Positions 40,059 through 50,224 of a DNA stretch of 64,000 nucleotides are shown here, piece after piece; within the stretch, counting starts at the first letter, position 1; every line of letters starts with the position of its first letter. The position numbers and the translations under genes were made by a program. This DNA comes from an uncultured delta proteobacterium (GTDB lineage: Bacteria > Desulfobacterota > Binatia > UBA9968), in contig CAVUZH010000019.1 of NCBI GenBank assembly GCA_963745835.1, positions 128,001-192,000 on the forward strand, read 5' to 3'. The notes under the pieces are model-generated. The model did not search any database, was not told the DNA's origin, and saw only the letters and a program-made list of their open reading frames with translations.

Positions 40059-41441
40059 TTATTTCACTGGCGACACCAGTTGGCCATCGCCGGGCTTGCC
40101 GGTGATCTTGCCGTCTTCCATTACGGTTTTGCCTCGGAGTATGGTGCGAATCGGCGCGCCTTTGATCTTCTTCCCATCATAAGGCGTCCAACCGACTTTC
40201 GTGTAAGTGGTCTCGTTGCTGATCACTTCCTCTTTGTTCATATCGATAATAACCATATCCGCATCCGAACCCGGTTGGATAACTCCCTTGCGGGGATAAA
40301 CGTTGAACAGTTTTGCCGCGTTATATGAAGAGATCCGCACCAGCCGATCAAGGGTCATTTTCCCTTCGTTCACGGCAGTTAGAAAAAGCCGGAGATAATC
40401 CTGGATTTGCGGCTCGCCACCAGGGCAACTCCACATGTCGTGCCAGCCCTTTTCCTTCTCCTCCTTAGTGTGCGGCGCATGGTCGGTGCCGATCACGTCG
40501 ATGGTGCCGTCGTTGATCGCTTCCCAGAGCGCGTCGACATGCGCCGGCGGCACCCAGAAGCCCAAACAGTAGGGACCGAGTTTCTCGACATTTTCCCAGG
40601 TGCCTAGAAACATCGCCCAAGGATTGACCTCACAGCTACAGGGACGGCCCTCGTCTTTGGCGCGGCGCAGCATTGCCAATCCTTCAGGCGTGCTCATGTG
40701 CAGGATGTGAAGCTTGCTGCCGATCGCTTTCTGCATTCGAAACAAAGTCGCCATGGCGGTATCCCAGATGATGCCGTCGTGCTCGCGATAAGCTTTGGCA
40801 TAGGCCTGAGGACTGCGATTCTCGTCTTTCCAGTAGCGCCCTTCGATTTCGTCCATCAAATCTTGATCATGCGGATGCACCATCAGCGGCAATCCCGTGG
40901 CGCCGACAGTTTCAAAGCATTTAAAGAGTTCGCCATTATTATTGATGCCGATGCCGGGCATATGCGGATAATCCCGACCCGTGTCTTTCACCATGAAAAT
41001 TTTAAAAGCAATGGGCCCCTCCTTGGCGAGTCCAGGAACCTCGCGCGGCACTGTGCCGGAAGGATTGTGGTTGAAATCAACAATCGCATTTTTACTGTGA
41101 TGCGCCACCAGAGCGCGGTAATGCTCCACGGAGGTGGTCGGTGGGTTGACGTTGGGCATGCCGACGCTAAAAGTGACGCCGCCCGCCGCCGCTGCCATTG
41201 TCGCGGTGGTTATGTCTTCTTTATGCGTGAAGCCGGGGTCCCGGTGGTGAGTATGGGTGTCGATCAAACCTGGAATAACTTTTTTACCCTTAGCGTCGAC
41301 TACATTACCGGCTGTTTCCGGTAAAACCGGCGGCTTACCGAGTGCAACGATTTTTCCACCGCTTACCGCTACATCAGCCTCGACGAAACCGCCCGGGGTC
41401 CAAACCTCGCCATTCTTTATCAGTAGATCGAGCTTATCCAT
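40059..41441 (-). CDS. dihydroorotase/allantoinase-family cyclic amidohydrolase
   Basis: PGLIDTHTHHRDPG, AAAGGVT..MPN, FKIFM, GTDHAPH, GSDAD. Confidence 0.9.
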   Translation of the reverse strand: MDKLDLLIKNGEVWTPGGFVEADVAVSGGKIVALGKPPVLPETAGNVVDAKGKKVIPGLIDTHTHHRDPGFTHKEDITTATMAAAAGGVTFSVGMPNVNPPTTSVEHYRALVAHHSKNAIVDFNHNPSGTVPREVPGLAKEGPIAFKIFMVKDTGRDYPHMPGIGINNNGELFKCFETVGATGLPLMVHPHDQDLMDEIEGRYWKDENRSPQAYAKAYREHDGIIWDTAMATLFRMQKAIGSKLHILHMSTPEGLAMLRRAKDEGRPCSCEVNPWAMFLGTWENVEKLGPYCLGFWVPPAHVDALWEAINDGTIDVIGTDHAPHTKEEKEKGWHDMWSCPGGEPQIQDYLRLFLTAVNEGKMTLDRLVRISSYNAAKLFNVYPRKGVIQPGSDADMVIIDMNKEEVISNETTYTKVGWTPYDGKKIKGAPIRTILRGKTVMEDGKITGKPGDGQLVSPVK

Positions 41442-41635
41442 CCATCGAACTCCCTTCGCGTAGTGAGAAATTTCCTTAAGAAATTTCGTTATATGACCGC
41501 CGCTTCGGACTGTCAAATTACCTGGATAGTCCATTCTGCTGATGCCGGTAATCGGCTTGACTCAGAAATTGAAATCTGGAAGGATGCGTTCCGCCTTCGA
41601 TACCATTGTCTGTGGAAGATAAGGAGAAAGAGCTC

Positions 41636-42646
41636 ATGCTGAGAAAAATTACGTTAGCGCTAGTTCTGTTAGCGAGCTTTCTTTTCGTTCCCAGTTCAGT
41701 CTTTGCGCAAAACGCCAAATTGATCGAAGCCGCCAAGAAAGAAGGCAAGGCGATCGCCTACGGGTCTCTCGAATCAGATACCATGGAAGCGATCGTGAAC
41801 GCGTTCAAGAAGAAGACGGGTCTCGAGGTCGAGTACTGGCGCGCTTCCGCAACCAAAGTGATGGATCGAGCGTTAAGCGAAGCGCGCGCCGGGAGGCCGA
41901 CGGCGGATCTGATCATCACCAACGACAATCCGCTGCGATTGATGCAGAAGGAAAATCTTTTCCAGAAGTATGAGTCGCCCGTCGCTAAGGATTTTCCTAA
42001 AGACGCCGTCGATCCGGTTCTCGGGCCCAGATACCGTAACGTGATCATCGGCGTGGTTTTTAACAAGTCCGGCATCAAACCCGAAGACGCACCCAAATCG
42101 CTGGAGGACTTGGTAAATCCCAAATACAAAGGCAAGCTGGTCATGCCGGATCCGACGCAGCACACTACCACCACACAATGGGTAGCGAGCCTTCACAAGG
42201 TGATGGGAAAAGAGAAAGCCGACAAGTTTATCCGCGATCTCGGCGGCATGAAGCCGATCCTGGTGGAATCACTTCTTCCCTCGGCGGAACGCGTGATGAC
42301 CGGCGAAACTCCCCTCTCCATCACCTATGTCAAATACGCTTACGTCTTTGGCAAACGGGGCGCTCCACTGGATTATGTCCGGTTGCCCAAAATGATGGGG
42401 GACGGCCATTACATCGCGCTGGCCGCCAAGGCGCCGCATCCAAGTACCGGCAAGGCGTTCATCGACTATTTCCTTGACAATGAAAGCATGAACACGATGG
42501 CCAAACTCGGCGAATTCGTAAATCGCAAAGGCGTGCTGCCGCCGTTACCTGACGCGGACAAGATCGGTTTTGTCGAGATGGAAGATCTCAGCGAGAAGGA
42601 ATTCGCCGAGAAGAAAAAGGAGTACCAGCAGATTTTTCTGCGGTAA
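41636..42646 (+). CDS. ABC solute-binding protein (Fe3+/thiamine/AfuA-like cluster)
   Basis: Signal peptide, AAKKEGK..YGS, DLVNPKYKGK, APHP...AFID. Confidence 0.85.
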   Translation: MLRKITLALVLLASFLFVPSSVFAQNAKLIEAAKKEGKAIAYGSLESDTMEAIVNAFKKKTGLEVEYWRASATKVMDRALSEARAGRPTADLIITNDNPLRLMQKENLFQKYESPVAKDFPKDAVDPVLGPRYRNVIIGVVFNKSGIKPEDAPKSLEDLVNPKYKGKLVMPDPTQHTTTTQWVASLHKVMGKEKADKFIRDLGGMKPILVESLLPSAERVMTGETPLSITYVKYAYVFGKRGAPLDYVRLPKMMGDGHYIALAAKAPHPSTGKAFIDYFLDNESMNTMAKLGEFVNRKGVLPPLPDADKIGFVEMEDLSEKEFAEKKKEYQQIFLR

Positions 42647-42654
42647 ACTCCTAA

Positions 42655-44406
42655 GTGTCATTGGATCGGTCCATCGCGGTTGGCCAACAGATCCCGAGCG
42701 CGTGGAGCCGCTCGCGGGTAGGTGTGTTTCTATCTCAGCCGGTCAGCTGGGTATTTATTGTTGTCGGCGCAATCATCGCCTTTCTCAGCCTCTATCCGAC
42801 GCTTTTTCTTTTTTACGGTAGCCTGACTGATGCGCCGTTGGGCGTGCCCGGCCAATTCACGTTACAAAATTATGTCCGCGCCTACAGCGACCCCGAAGCC
42901 TATCCCCTTCTGCTCAACTCATTTATTTTCGGCGTCGGCTCGGCCGGACTCTCAGTCGTTTTCGCTTTGACCCTAGCCTGGATCACCATTCGAACCAATG
43001 CGCCGCTGCGAAGATTGTTCGAACTGACCGCGATCATTCCAAACATATTGCCGCCAATTCTGGTTTCGATCTCCTGGGTCATGCTGTTAAACCCGAGTAA
43101 CGGTCTCATCAACGGACTGTTCGTCCAGCTTTTCGGCGTCGAGCGAGGACCTTTCAACATTTATTCCCTCACCGGGCTGATTTTCGTTGAGGGTTTGATT
43201 CTGACGCCGTTGGCCTTCTTGATCATCGCCGCCGCATTAAAGAGCATGGACCCATCCTTGGAGGAATCGGCGAAGACTCTGGGTTCGGGTGAGTTTGGCA
43301 TCATGCGCCGGATCACGTTTCCACTAATCCGCCCGGCCATATTAGCGGCAGGGACTTTGAACTTCGTGCGCGCGGTGGAGAGTTTCGACACGCCGGCCAT
43401 AATCGCTCTGCCTGCTCGCATCGAAGTGTTCACGACCAAGATCTGGCGCGAAGCTTTGGGCTCTTTTCCGACCAATCACAATTTAGCTGCGACGTATGGT
43501 GTCGGCATTCTCGTGATCGCGCTGATGTTTGTTTATCTTTACCGCCGTTTCACTTCCCAGGTTGAGAGCTTCTCGACGGTTACCGGCAAAGGGTTTAGAC
43601 CGCATCAAATAGATTTAGGAAAGTATCGGTACTTGGCCACGGCAGTGGCATTTCTACTGTTGATACTGCTGGTGGTGTTGCCGATCTTGGTGCTCCTGCT
43701 CGTTGCCATTTTACCTTATTATCACGTGCCCACGTGGCAGACGTGGCAAAATCTCACGTTCGATCACTTTCGCTACATCTGGGCAACGCCGAGAGTCCAC
43801 CGTGCCTTCGTTAACAGTTTGTTCCTGGCGCTGGTAGGCGCCACCGTTTGTATGCTTCTCGCCTCCTTGGCCTCCTACATTTCGGTTCGGACCAAAATCG
43901 CCGGACGCGGATTGCTGGAAGGTTTGGTTTTCATACCCTGGGCCTTTCCCGGAACTGCCATGGCTCTGGGGCTGCTCTGGGCGTATGTCGATTTTCCCAT
44001 TCCTGTCTATGGCACCATCTGGATCATCTTGATCGCCTATGTGACGCGCTTCCTTCCCTATGGCCTACGCGCCGTCAGCAGCACAATCATCCAAGTTCAT
44101 AAGGAGCTCGAAGAGGCTTCGGTGGTCTGCGGCGCCGGCTTTCTAGCGACATTTCGCCGGGTGCTGATTCCGATGATGCGGCCCGGAGTGATGGCAGGCT
44201 GGATTATTCTCGTAACGATCTTCTTGCGTGAATTCAGCGCCACACTCTTTCTCTATAGTCCTGGCGCCGAACCTCTCGGACCACTGCTTTACTTCCTGTA
44301 TCTCGACGGCATGCGCGGCCGGGTGGCCGCCATCGGTCTGGTGATCTCGGTCATCTCCGTGATTCTGATCGCGATTGCCCAGCGCTATTCGCGTTGGGAA
44401 AACTAA
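42655..44406 (+). CDS. ABC permease, duplicated (FbpB/ThiP-like)
   Basis: Two EAA loops: LEESAKTLG and LEEASVVCGA. Confidence 0.92.
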   Translation: MSLDRSIAVGQQIPSAWSRSRVGVFLSQPVSWVFIVVGAIIAFLSLYPTLFLFYGSLTDAPLGVPGQFTLQNYVRAYSDPEAYPLLLNSFIFGVGSAGLSVVFALTLAWITIRTNAPLRRLFELTAIIPNILPPILVSISWVMLLNPSNGLINGLFVQLFGVERGPFNIYSLTGLIFVEGLILTPLAFLIIAAALKSMDPSLEESAKTLGSGEFGIMRRITFPLIRPAILAAGTLNFVRAVESFDTPAIIALPARIEVFTTKIWREALGSFPTNHNLAATYGVGILVIALMFVYLYRRFTSQVESFSTVTGKGFRPHQIDLGKYRYLATAVAFLLLILLVVLPILVLLLVAILPYYHVPTWQTWQNLTFDHFRYIWATPRVHRAFVNSLFLALVGATVCMLLASLASYISVRTKIAGRGLLEGLVFIPWAFPGTAMALGLLWAYVDFPIPVYGTIWIILIAYVTRFLPYGLRAVSSTIIQVHKELEEASVVCGAGFLATFRRVLIPMMRPGVMAGWIILVTIFLREFSATLFLYSPGAEPLGPLLYFLYLDGMRGRVAAIGLVISVISVILIAIAQRYSRWEN

Positions 44407-44445
44407 TTAGAACATTCGTCTGTTAAATCTCCAGGAGGCTTGTTA

Positions 44446-45438
44446 ATGGAAAAATTATTTCTCACCGTCGCCTGCGGCAATTACGACCGCACTTTCGCGC
44501 TGCAAACCGGCGCCGTGCAAGCCGAAGGCATACGGATCAACTATGTTCCTCTCGAGGCGGAAGAAATTTTCTGGCGCATGGGGCATCACCAGGAATTCGA
44601 CGTTTCCGAGATGTCACTTTCCAATCACGTGACCATGATCAGCCGCGGCAACTCGCCGTTCGTCGCCATTCCGGTGTTTCCTTCGAGATTCTTCCGCCAC
44701 TCTTGCGTGTTCATCAATACAGATTCCGGCATCAAGAGCCCGGCGGATTTCACGGGCAAAAAAATTGGCGCTCCAGAATACTCGATTACCGCCGCAGTCT
44801 GGATTCGCGGGTTTTTGAACGACGACTACGGCGTCAAAACCTCCGATATGCAGTGGTTCACCGGCGGGCAAGAAGAAGCCGGCAGAAAAGAGCGTGTCAA
44901 GCTCACATTGCCGCCGCAGATTAAACTCGAGCCGATTGCGGACGACAAAACCTTGAACGGCATGCTCGAGAGCGGCGAGATCGATGCCTTGATTTCGGCT
45001 CGCAGTCCTTCAAGTTTCGTCAAGGGCTCGCCGAGGGTGAAACGGTTATTTCCCAAATATAAAGATGTCGAAGTCGACTACTACAAACGCACCAAGATTT
45101 TCCCGATTATGCATGTGCTGGTAATCAGCAGAGAAGTTTACGAAAAAAACCCCTGGGTGGCGCGCAGTCTCTACAAGGCATTTTGCGAAGCGAAAGACGT
45201 TGCGATCAAAAACATGCACATTTCGAACACCATGGCCTGCACGCTTCCCTGGCTGCCCTGGGAGCGCGAACAGTTAAGGGAAATATTCGGCCCGGATTGG
45301 TGGCCCTATGGAGTCGAAGCCAACCGTCATGTGCTTGAGCATCTAATTCGGTACATGGATGAGCAGGGATTGCTCGCGCGAAAGCTCACGGTCGATGAGA
45401 TCTTCGCGCCGAATGTGGCGGGAGAGTTCAAAATATAG
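44446..45438 (+). CDS. 4,5-dihydroxyphthalate decarboxylase-like PBP2-fold protein
   Basis: CGNYDRT, FDVSEMSLS, IPVFPSRFFRHS, TAAVWIRG, IFPIMH, PYGVEAN. Confidence 0.85.
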   Translation: MEKLFLTVACGNYDRTFALQTGAVQAEGIRINYVPLEAEEIFWRMGHHQEFDVSEMSLSNHVTMISRGNSPFVAIPVFPSRFFRHSCVFINTDSGIKSPADFTGKKIGAPEYSITAAVWIRGFLNDDYGVKTSDMQWFTGGQEEAGRKERVKLTLPPQIKLEPIADDKTLNGMLESGEIDALISARSPSSFVKGSPRVKRLFPKYKDVEVDYYKRTKIFPIMHVLVISREVYEKNPWVARSLYKAFCEAKDVAIKNMHISNTMACTLPWLPWEREQLREIFGPDWWPYGVEANRHVLEHLIRYMDEQGLLARKLTVDEIFAPNVAGEFKI

Positions 45439-45590
45439 CAGCCTGCTGAAAAAGCCCATAAGCTTCGTTGCGCTCGCCCGATTCGCTTCAACGTACTGAA
45501 GCGTACGCCTCAGCTCATCGGACTTCGCGCGCCTTGCTTCTGAGGTCTTTTTGAGCAGCCTGCATTCAGAGTTTTTTGGCAAACTTCTAG
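45436..45590. mobile_element. MITE-like repeat, copy B
   Basis: TAGCAGCCTGCTGAAAAAG ... CTTTTTGAGCAGCCTGC ... CAAACTTCTAG terminal inverted repeats; overlaps the upstream TAG stop. Confidence 0.7.
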
Positions 45591-45697
45591 ATCAGTAGGC
45601 AAGAGGCAGTCGACAATAGTTGGCCGGCGACATACGCTCGGCTCCTGATACGTCCTGCGTCTCCCCCTTGCCTGTTCCCAACTACCTAATGCCTTCT

Positions 45698-46123
45698 ATG
45701 TCACGCCTGTCACCTTCGGTACTGCGGTTTATTCGTGTCGCGCGGGTTGCCCATCTCGCTACTGCTAGCCGTAACAGTCAGCCTCACGTCATACCCATCT
45801 GCTTTGTTTTTGATGGAAAACATTTCTACTCCCCGATTGACGAGAAGCCGAAGCGAACGAGCCCGGCGAAGCTCAAGCGATTGATCAACATTCAAGCGAA
45901 TCCACAGGCCGCGCTGGTGATCGATCGCTACAGCGAGGTTTGGCAGCACCTCGCCTATGTTTTAATCGTCGGCAAGGCAAAAATCCTTTATCGAGGCGCC
46001 GCTCATGCTGAAGCCGTGCGCCGCCTGCGCAGGAAGTATCCTCAATATCGGCAAATGGCGATCCAGACTCGACCCATGATTCGGATCACGCCAACCCGCT
46101 GGACGTTCTGGGGTAAACCATAG
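45698..46123 (+). CDS. PPOX-class (putatively F420-dependent) oxidoreductase, TIGR03668-like
   Basis: ARVAHLAT...PHVIPICF, IDEKPK, LKRL.NI..NP, DRYSE.W, KYPQY. Confidence 0.85.
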   Translation: MSRLSPSVLRFIRVARVAHLATASRNSQPHVIPICFVFDGKHFYSPIDEKPKRTSPAKLKRLINIQANPQAALVIDRYSEVWQHLAYVLIVGKAKILYRGAAHAEAVRRLRRKYPQYRQMAIQTRPMIRITPTRWTFWGKP

Positions 46124-46476
46124 TAGGAAAAGGAATCGGCAAGCACCTGGTAAGTTACTCGCTACAAACCTGCAATAGTTTCGAGCGTCTAAATCCAACT
46201 TAGGCGCCGCCCCGACTATCGTCGAGTTGCGCCACATCTCCGCTTCGCTTATTTACTTTGACATCTATGCTCTACTGCGCGAAATACTTGAAAGGTTAAG
46301 GATAGAGACAGGTTCAGCTTGCGTTTACTGGCGTCGCGTCGGTCTATGGTTTCAGGCCCGGTTAGACTCGTCCGTCGTAAGTAGTTCTAATTGTCTCATG
46401 AAAACAGACTTGCAGCTCTCCCGCATCCGCACCACATGACAAGCGCCATCGGAACAGCTGAGATGGATTGTTACTT

Positions 46477-47524
46477 CTAATTCGTGAACAACTTCTTCAT
46501 CCGTTCGACAACTTCAGGCGGTTGCACCACAACCTCTTTCGCTAGGGCCTCTAGTTCTTCCGCCGGGAGCCCGTTCGCTTCCCATTCTCGTTTCTTCACC
46601 TCGGCCAAGAGTTCTGGATCGCTCATGGTTCTTGCAAATGCATCGCGCAGGACCTTGGTCCGCTCGGGCGCCATGCCTGGAGGAGCGATGATCGGTCGAC
46701 CGAAATCGCCCGGTGAGAGTAAGACAACCGCCAAGCGCCTGATTGTGTCGGGTGTTTGATACTTGTCCATCAGTTCATAGATCGTCGGAACATCAGGCGC
46801 TCTCCCATCGCGCTTTTTCCCGCCTTGGACAAGTAGCCGGACAAATCCGGTTTTCATCCACGTGCGCCCGGGCTCTCGGCCAAAAAAGGACGACAACGTG
46901 CCCGCGCGGCAATGCATCTCGCCTTTCTCAACTGCCAGGTCGATGTCGGCGGCTCCCTGGTAGCCCAAGACAACATTGAATTTGACTCCTACGAGCATCT
47001 TCCAAAAGTTTTGGGAAATAATAGTCGGTGCTGCCGATCCCTACGGAACCGCACTTCGGGGCATCAGACGCTTTGCGAAGATCGTCTATGGTTTTGAAAG
47101 GGGAGTCGGAACGAATGTAGAGCATTTCGCTGGTCCGCTCAGGAGTCCCGATCCAAGTAAACTTGCTCCAATCAAAATTGACTTCTTTCCGGCCGATCAG
47201 CTGATCAAAATACAGTGCCGATGAAATCAGCCCGATCGTCAGTCCGTCGGGCTTGGCAACGGTTGTCAGGTAATTGGCCGCCCCGATCGACCCGCCGCCC
47301 GGCATGTTTTGCACAACCAAGGTTGGGCTTCCTGGAAGATATTTATCCAGATGCTTCGTGATCATGCGCGCCCATGTGTCGTAGGCGCCTCCCGGTGTGA
47401 ACGCCACGATTACTCTGAGCGTTTTACCTTTGTAGAAGGGTTCAACTTGCGCGCTTGCCTTGTCACCGGCGAAAAGGCTGCAGCCCACAAGACACAGCAA
47501 AAACAGATTGCTTGGTTTTACCAT
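46477..47524 (-). CDS. TctC/Bug-family tricarboxylate solute-binding protein (frameshift near 46995)
   Basis: FYKGKT..IV.FTPGGAYD, VQNMPGGG, PDGLTI; C-terminal half GYQG..DI.LAVEKGE. Confidence 0.88.
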
Positions 47525-47555
47525 GGTCACACCCTCCTTTAAGTCGCCAGCGGAC

Positions 47556-48689
47556 TCAGACTCTGAGCCCATAGAGCCGAGCCGGATTGCTTTCGAGAAT
47601 CTTTAACTTCGCCGTATCGCCGATATCCTGTCGCTCTTTAACTTTTCGCACGACAAAAGGCTCACGGTCGCCGTGTGGCATGTCCGAGCCGAACACCATG
47701 TTGTCCTCTCCAACCAGCTCGATAACTTGGGGCAATAAAACATCGTCGGCCTCCGTGCTGAAAAAGAGATTGCCCTTTCGCACGTATTCCATCGGCGGTA
47801 AGTCATGTTGCGGCGCCGTTTGCGAATGGAAGGTGGAAAGCTGGTTACGCGTACGCCTAAAACGGTGATCCATTCTCTCGAGCACAAAATGAACCCACTG
47901 GCAACCTGCCTCCAAGAAGGCAACTCTCAAGTCAGGAAAGCGATCCAATACTCCGCCGCTTATCAACGCTACAAGTCCCATCATGACGGGCACAAGAAAG
48001 GCGATCACCCCCGACGGATAAATATGGCTATAGAGATTGTTGAGAGCCGGGCAGCTCCAGCCCACATGAACGGCTAACGCTAGCTTCTCTTCAGCGAGTG
48101 ACTCAAAGAATGGTAAAAGCGTCGGGTGATCGAATGTAAGATCACCGGCGGTGCCGAGAACCATCACCGCAGAGGCGCCCAGAGACTTGGCTTCTCGGAC
48201 TTGGCCAACAGCCGCTTGAACCTCGTCGAGGTTGACGATTGCGGCCCATTTGATCCGCTCGTGGTGTGCCAGTCGATCGCCCAACCAGCGATTGTAAGAA
48301 GAATAAAGCGCGGTCGCAAAAGCGATGTTCGATGTCAACGGGTAGGCAAGAAACAAGCTTGGGTACACGACCTGGATCGCGATATCCTCCGCATCCATCG
48401 AACGCAACCGTGCATGAACATCGGTGAGCTCCATGCTTTCAATACTGTCGGGCTTCAAAGCCGTATGTCTTGTCGGTATGCCGTCGTAACTTGCAGGCGT
48501 GCCAAGATTGTTGCACCCTCGCCCCACTCGTCGGGGAAACATTTGCTCGTCAATGATCCAATACGCTAGACCATCCCGGCCGATTACCGAAGGACGTTGA
48601 GACCGAAAGGCCGGCTCGAGATACTGATCACTGAACGTTGTCGGGCACTCTTCAACGTGACCGTCTGCATCGATGTACTTCATCACCAT
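47556..48689 (-). CDS. amidohydrolase_2 family protein
   Basis: IDADGHV.E, VVYPS, YNRW, GVLDRFPDLRVAFLEAGC.W, FGSDMPHGD. Confidence 0.9.
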   Translation of the reverse strand: MVMKYIDADGHVEECPTTFSDQYLEPAFRSQRPSVIGRDGLAYWIIDEQMFPRRVGRGCNNLGTPASYDGIPTRHTALKPDSIESMELTDVHARLRSMDAEDIAIQVVYPSLFLAYPLTSNIAFATALYSSYNRWLGDRLAHHERIKWAAIVNLDEVQAAVGQVREAKSLGASAVMVLGTAGDLTFDHPTLLPFFESLAEEKLALAVHVGWSCPALNNLYSHIYPSGVIAFLVPVMMGLVALISGGVLDRFPDLRVAFLEAGCQWVHFVLERMDHRFRRTRNQLSTFHSQTAPQHDLPPMEYVRKGNLFFSTEADDVLLPQVIELVGEDNMVFGSDMPHGDREPFVVRKVKERQDIGDTAKLKILESNPARLYGLRV

Positions 48690-48701
48690 ACCTCCTGAAC
48701 T

Positions 48702-48887
48702 TAGTATGCTGCTGAAAAAGACCGATATGTTTCGTTGCGCTTAATCGCCTCGCTAGAATTCGTGTTCGTGTTAGCGTGTTCGTGCTCGTTCGGAATTCTC
48801 GATCACGTTTTCACGGACACGATCACGAGGATTCCGCCTTGTATCTTTTTGAGCAGCCTGCAAACAGGGTTTTCAAAAACCTGCTAG
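48702..48887. mobile_element. MITE-like repeat, copy C with (CGTGTT)n/(CACGAT)n core
   Basis: TAGTATGCTGCTGAAAAAG ... CTTTTTGAGCAGCCTGC ... AACCTGCTAG; overlaps the TAG stop of the MetE-like gene. Confidence 0.7.
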
Positions 48888-50068
48888 TGCCACACCTCGC
48901 CCGCCGTGTCGACGATCCGATCGAATTTGCGCCACATCTCTTCTTCGCTCATCACTTTGGAATCAATGCCGCCGAAGCCGCACTGCGGGCTAAGCGCGAG
49001 CTGATCCAGCGGCAGATACCTGCTTGCCTGATCGATGCGCCGTTTGAGCTCATCAAGAGGCTCGAGATCCGAACTCTTGGTCGTGACCAGGCCTAGAACG
49101 ACGATCTTGTCTTTGGGAACCAGTCTCAAGGGTTCGAAACCGCCGGCGCGTTCACTGTCGTACTCGAGCAGCAGCCGATGATGTTTGAGGCTATTGAAGA
49201 GCCGCTCGGCAATGGCGTCATAGGATCCCTCTCGATGCCACTGCGGTACCAGCTTGCCGGTAACTGGATCGATCGTGCGGGCGTTGCCGCGGCAAATGTG
49301 GATACCAAAGGTCACGCCGGGGAAGCCTTCGATCAGCGCATTGTCGGCTTCGATTGAGCGCTGCAGATTCCGTTCAGGATCTTCGCCGCGCGAGCGCATG
49401 CGCTCCAGTGAAATATTGTCGACATAAGCAGTGTACCCGGGAGCATCGATTTGAATGTATTTGCAACCGGCATTTACCAGTTCGGCGATCATTCGCCTTT
49501 CGATCTCCACGACGTGGTCGACGAAATCGTCGAGATCCTTATACACGTTTTTAGATCCTTCCCACTTGAAGCGCTGGGCAATCCGGTCGGGGCCAAGCAC
49601 CGTCACCTTCACCGGAACCTGCGCGACGCTTCGGGCGTAACCAAATTCTTCCAAAGGCAAATTGCGCATCAGCTTTAAGCGTTCCACCGCGGCGCGCCGG
49701 GTAATAATCGCCGGACCGGCTTCATCAAAGTTCTGCTCTGCCCTTTCGAGCGGAGTTAAATTTAATTCTCGCCGCTCATAATAAAGAGACACGTTTTTTG
49801 GCACCTCGAAGCCTGAAACGCATTCGGAGAAACTTTCTTGAAAGTTGTGACGGCGGAATTCACCGTCGGTAACCACCGGGAGACCATGCGCCTCCTGCCT
49901 GGCGATTACCTCTTGGATGGCCTGGTCCTGGGCCTGGATTAATTCTTTTCGGGAGGCTGCGCCGCGGTCGAAGCGCGCGAAGACGTCTTTCAACATGGCC
50001 GGGCGCACCAGGCTGCCAATGTGGTCGACACGAAGTTGATTTAGATTCGTGAATGATGCCAATGACAT
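48884..50068 (-). CDS. cobalamin-independent methionine synthase C-terminal-like (Meth_synt_2) Zn enzyme
   Basis: HIGSLVRP, TDGEFRR, HICRGN, LEYD, LSPQCGF; single barrel only. Confidence 0.9.
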   Translation of the reverse strand: MSLASFTNLNQLRVDHIGSLVRPAMLKDVFARFDRGAASRKELIQAQDQAIQEVIARQEAHGLPVVTDGEFRRHNFQESFSECVSGFEVPKNVSLYYERRELNLTPLERAEQNFDEAGPAIITRRAAVERLKLMRNLPLEEFGYARSVAQVPVKVTVLGPDRIAQRFKWEGSKNVYKDLDDFVDHVVEIERRMIAELVNAGCKYIQIDAPGYTAYVDNISLERMRSRGEDPERNLQRSIEADNALIEGFPGVTFGIHICRGNARTIDPVTGKLVPQWHREGSYDAIAERLFNSLKHHRLLLEYDSERAGGFEPLRLVPKDKIVVLGLVTTKSSDLEPLDELKRRIDQASRYLPLDQLALSPQCGFGGIDSKVMSEEEMWRKFDRIVDTAGEVWH

Positions 50069-50224
50069 AGATTGCCTCCTCGATTCAACGATCCTCCTCG
50101 ATATGCAACCTCCGGCTTCATGACAGCAAAGTCTGTTCTGGGAGGATCCTTGGGTGTTTCAATTTTTACAACTCGTTTGTATGACGGTACTACCGGATGC
50201 GCGGCTGCAGCAATTTAAATTGCC

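Noticed and set aside
50069-50224. Cobalamin or SAM riboswitch upstream of the MetE-like gene
   Set aside because: No B12-box or SAM-I core motifs recognisable; only GGAGG repeats and a 14-bp palindrome (GCAATTTAAATTGC) at the hemW stop.
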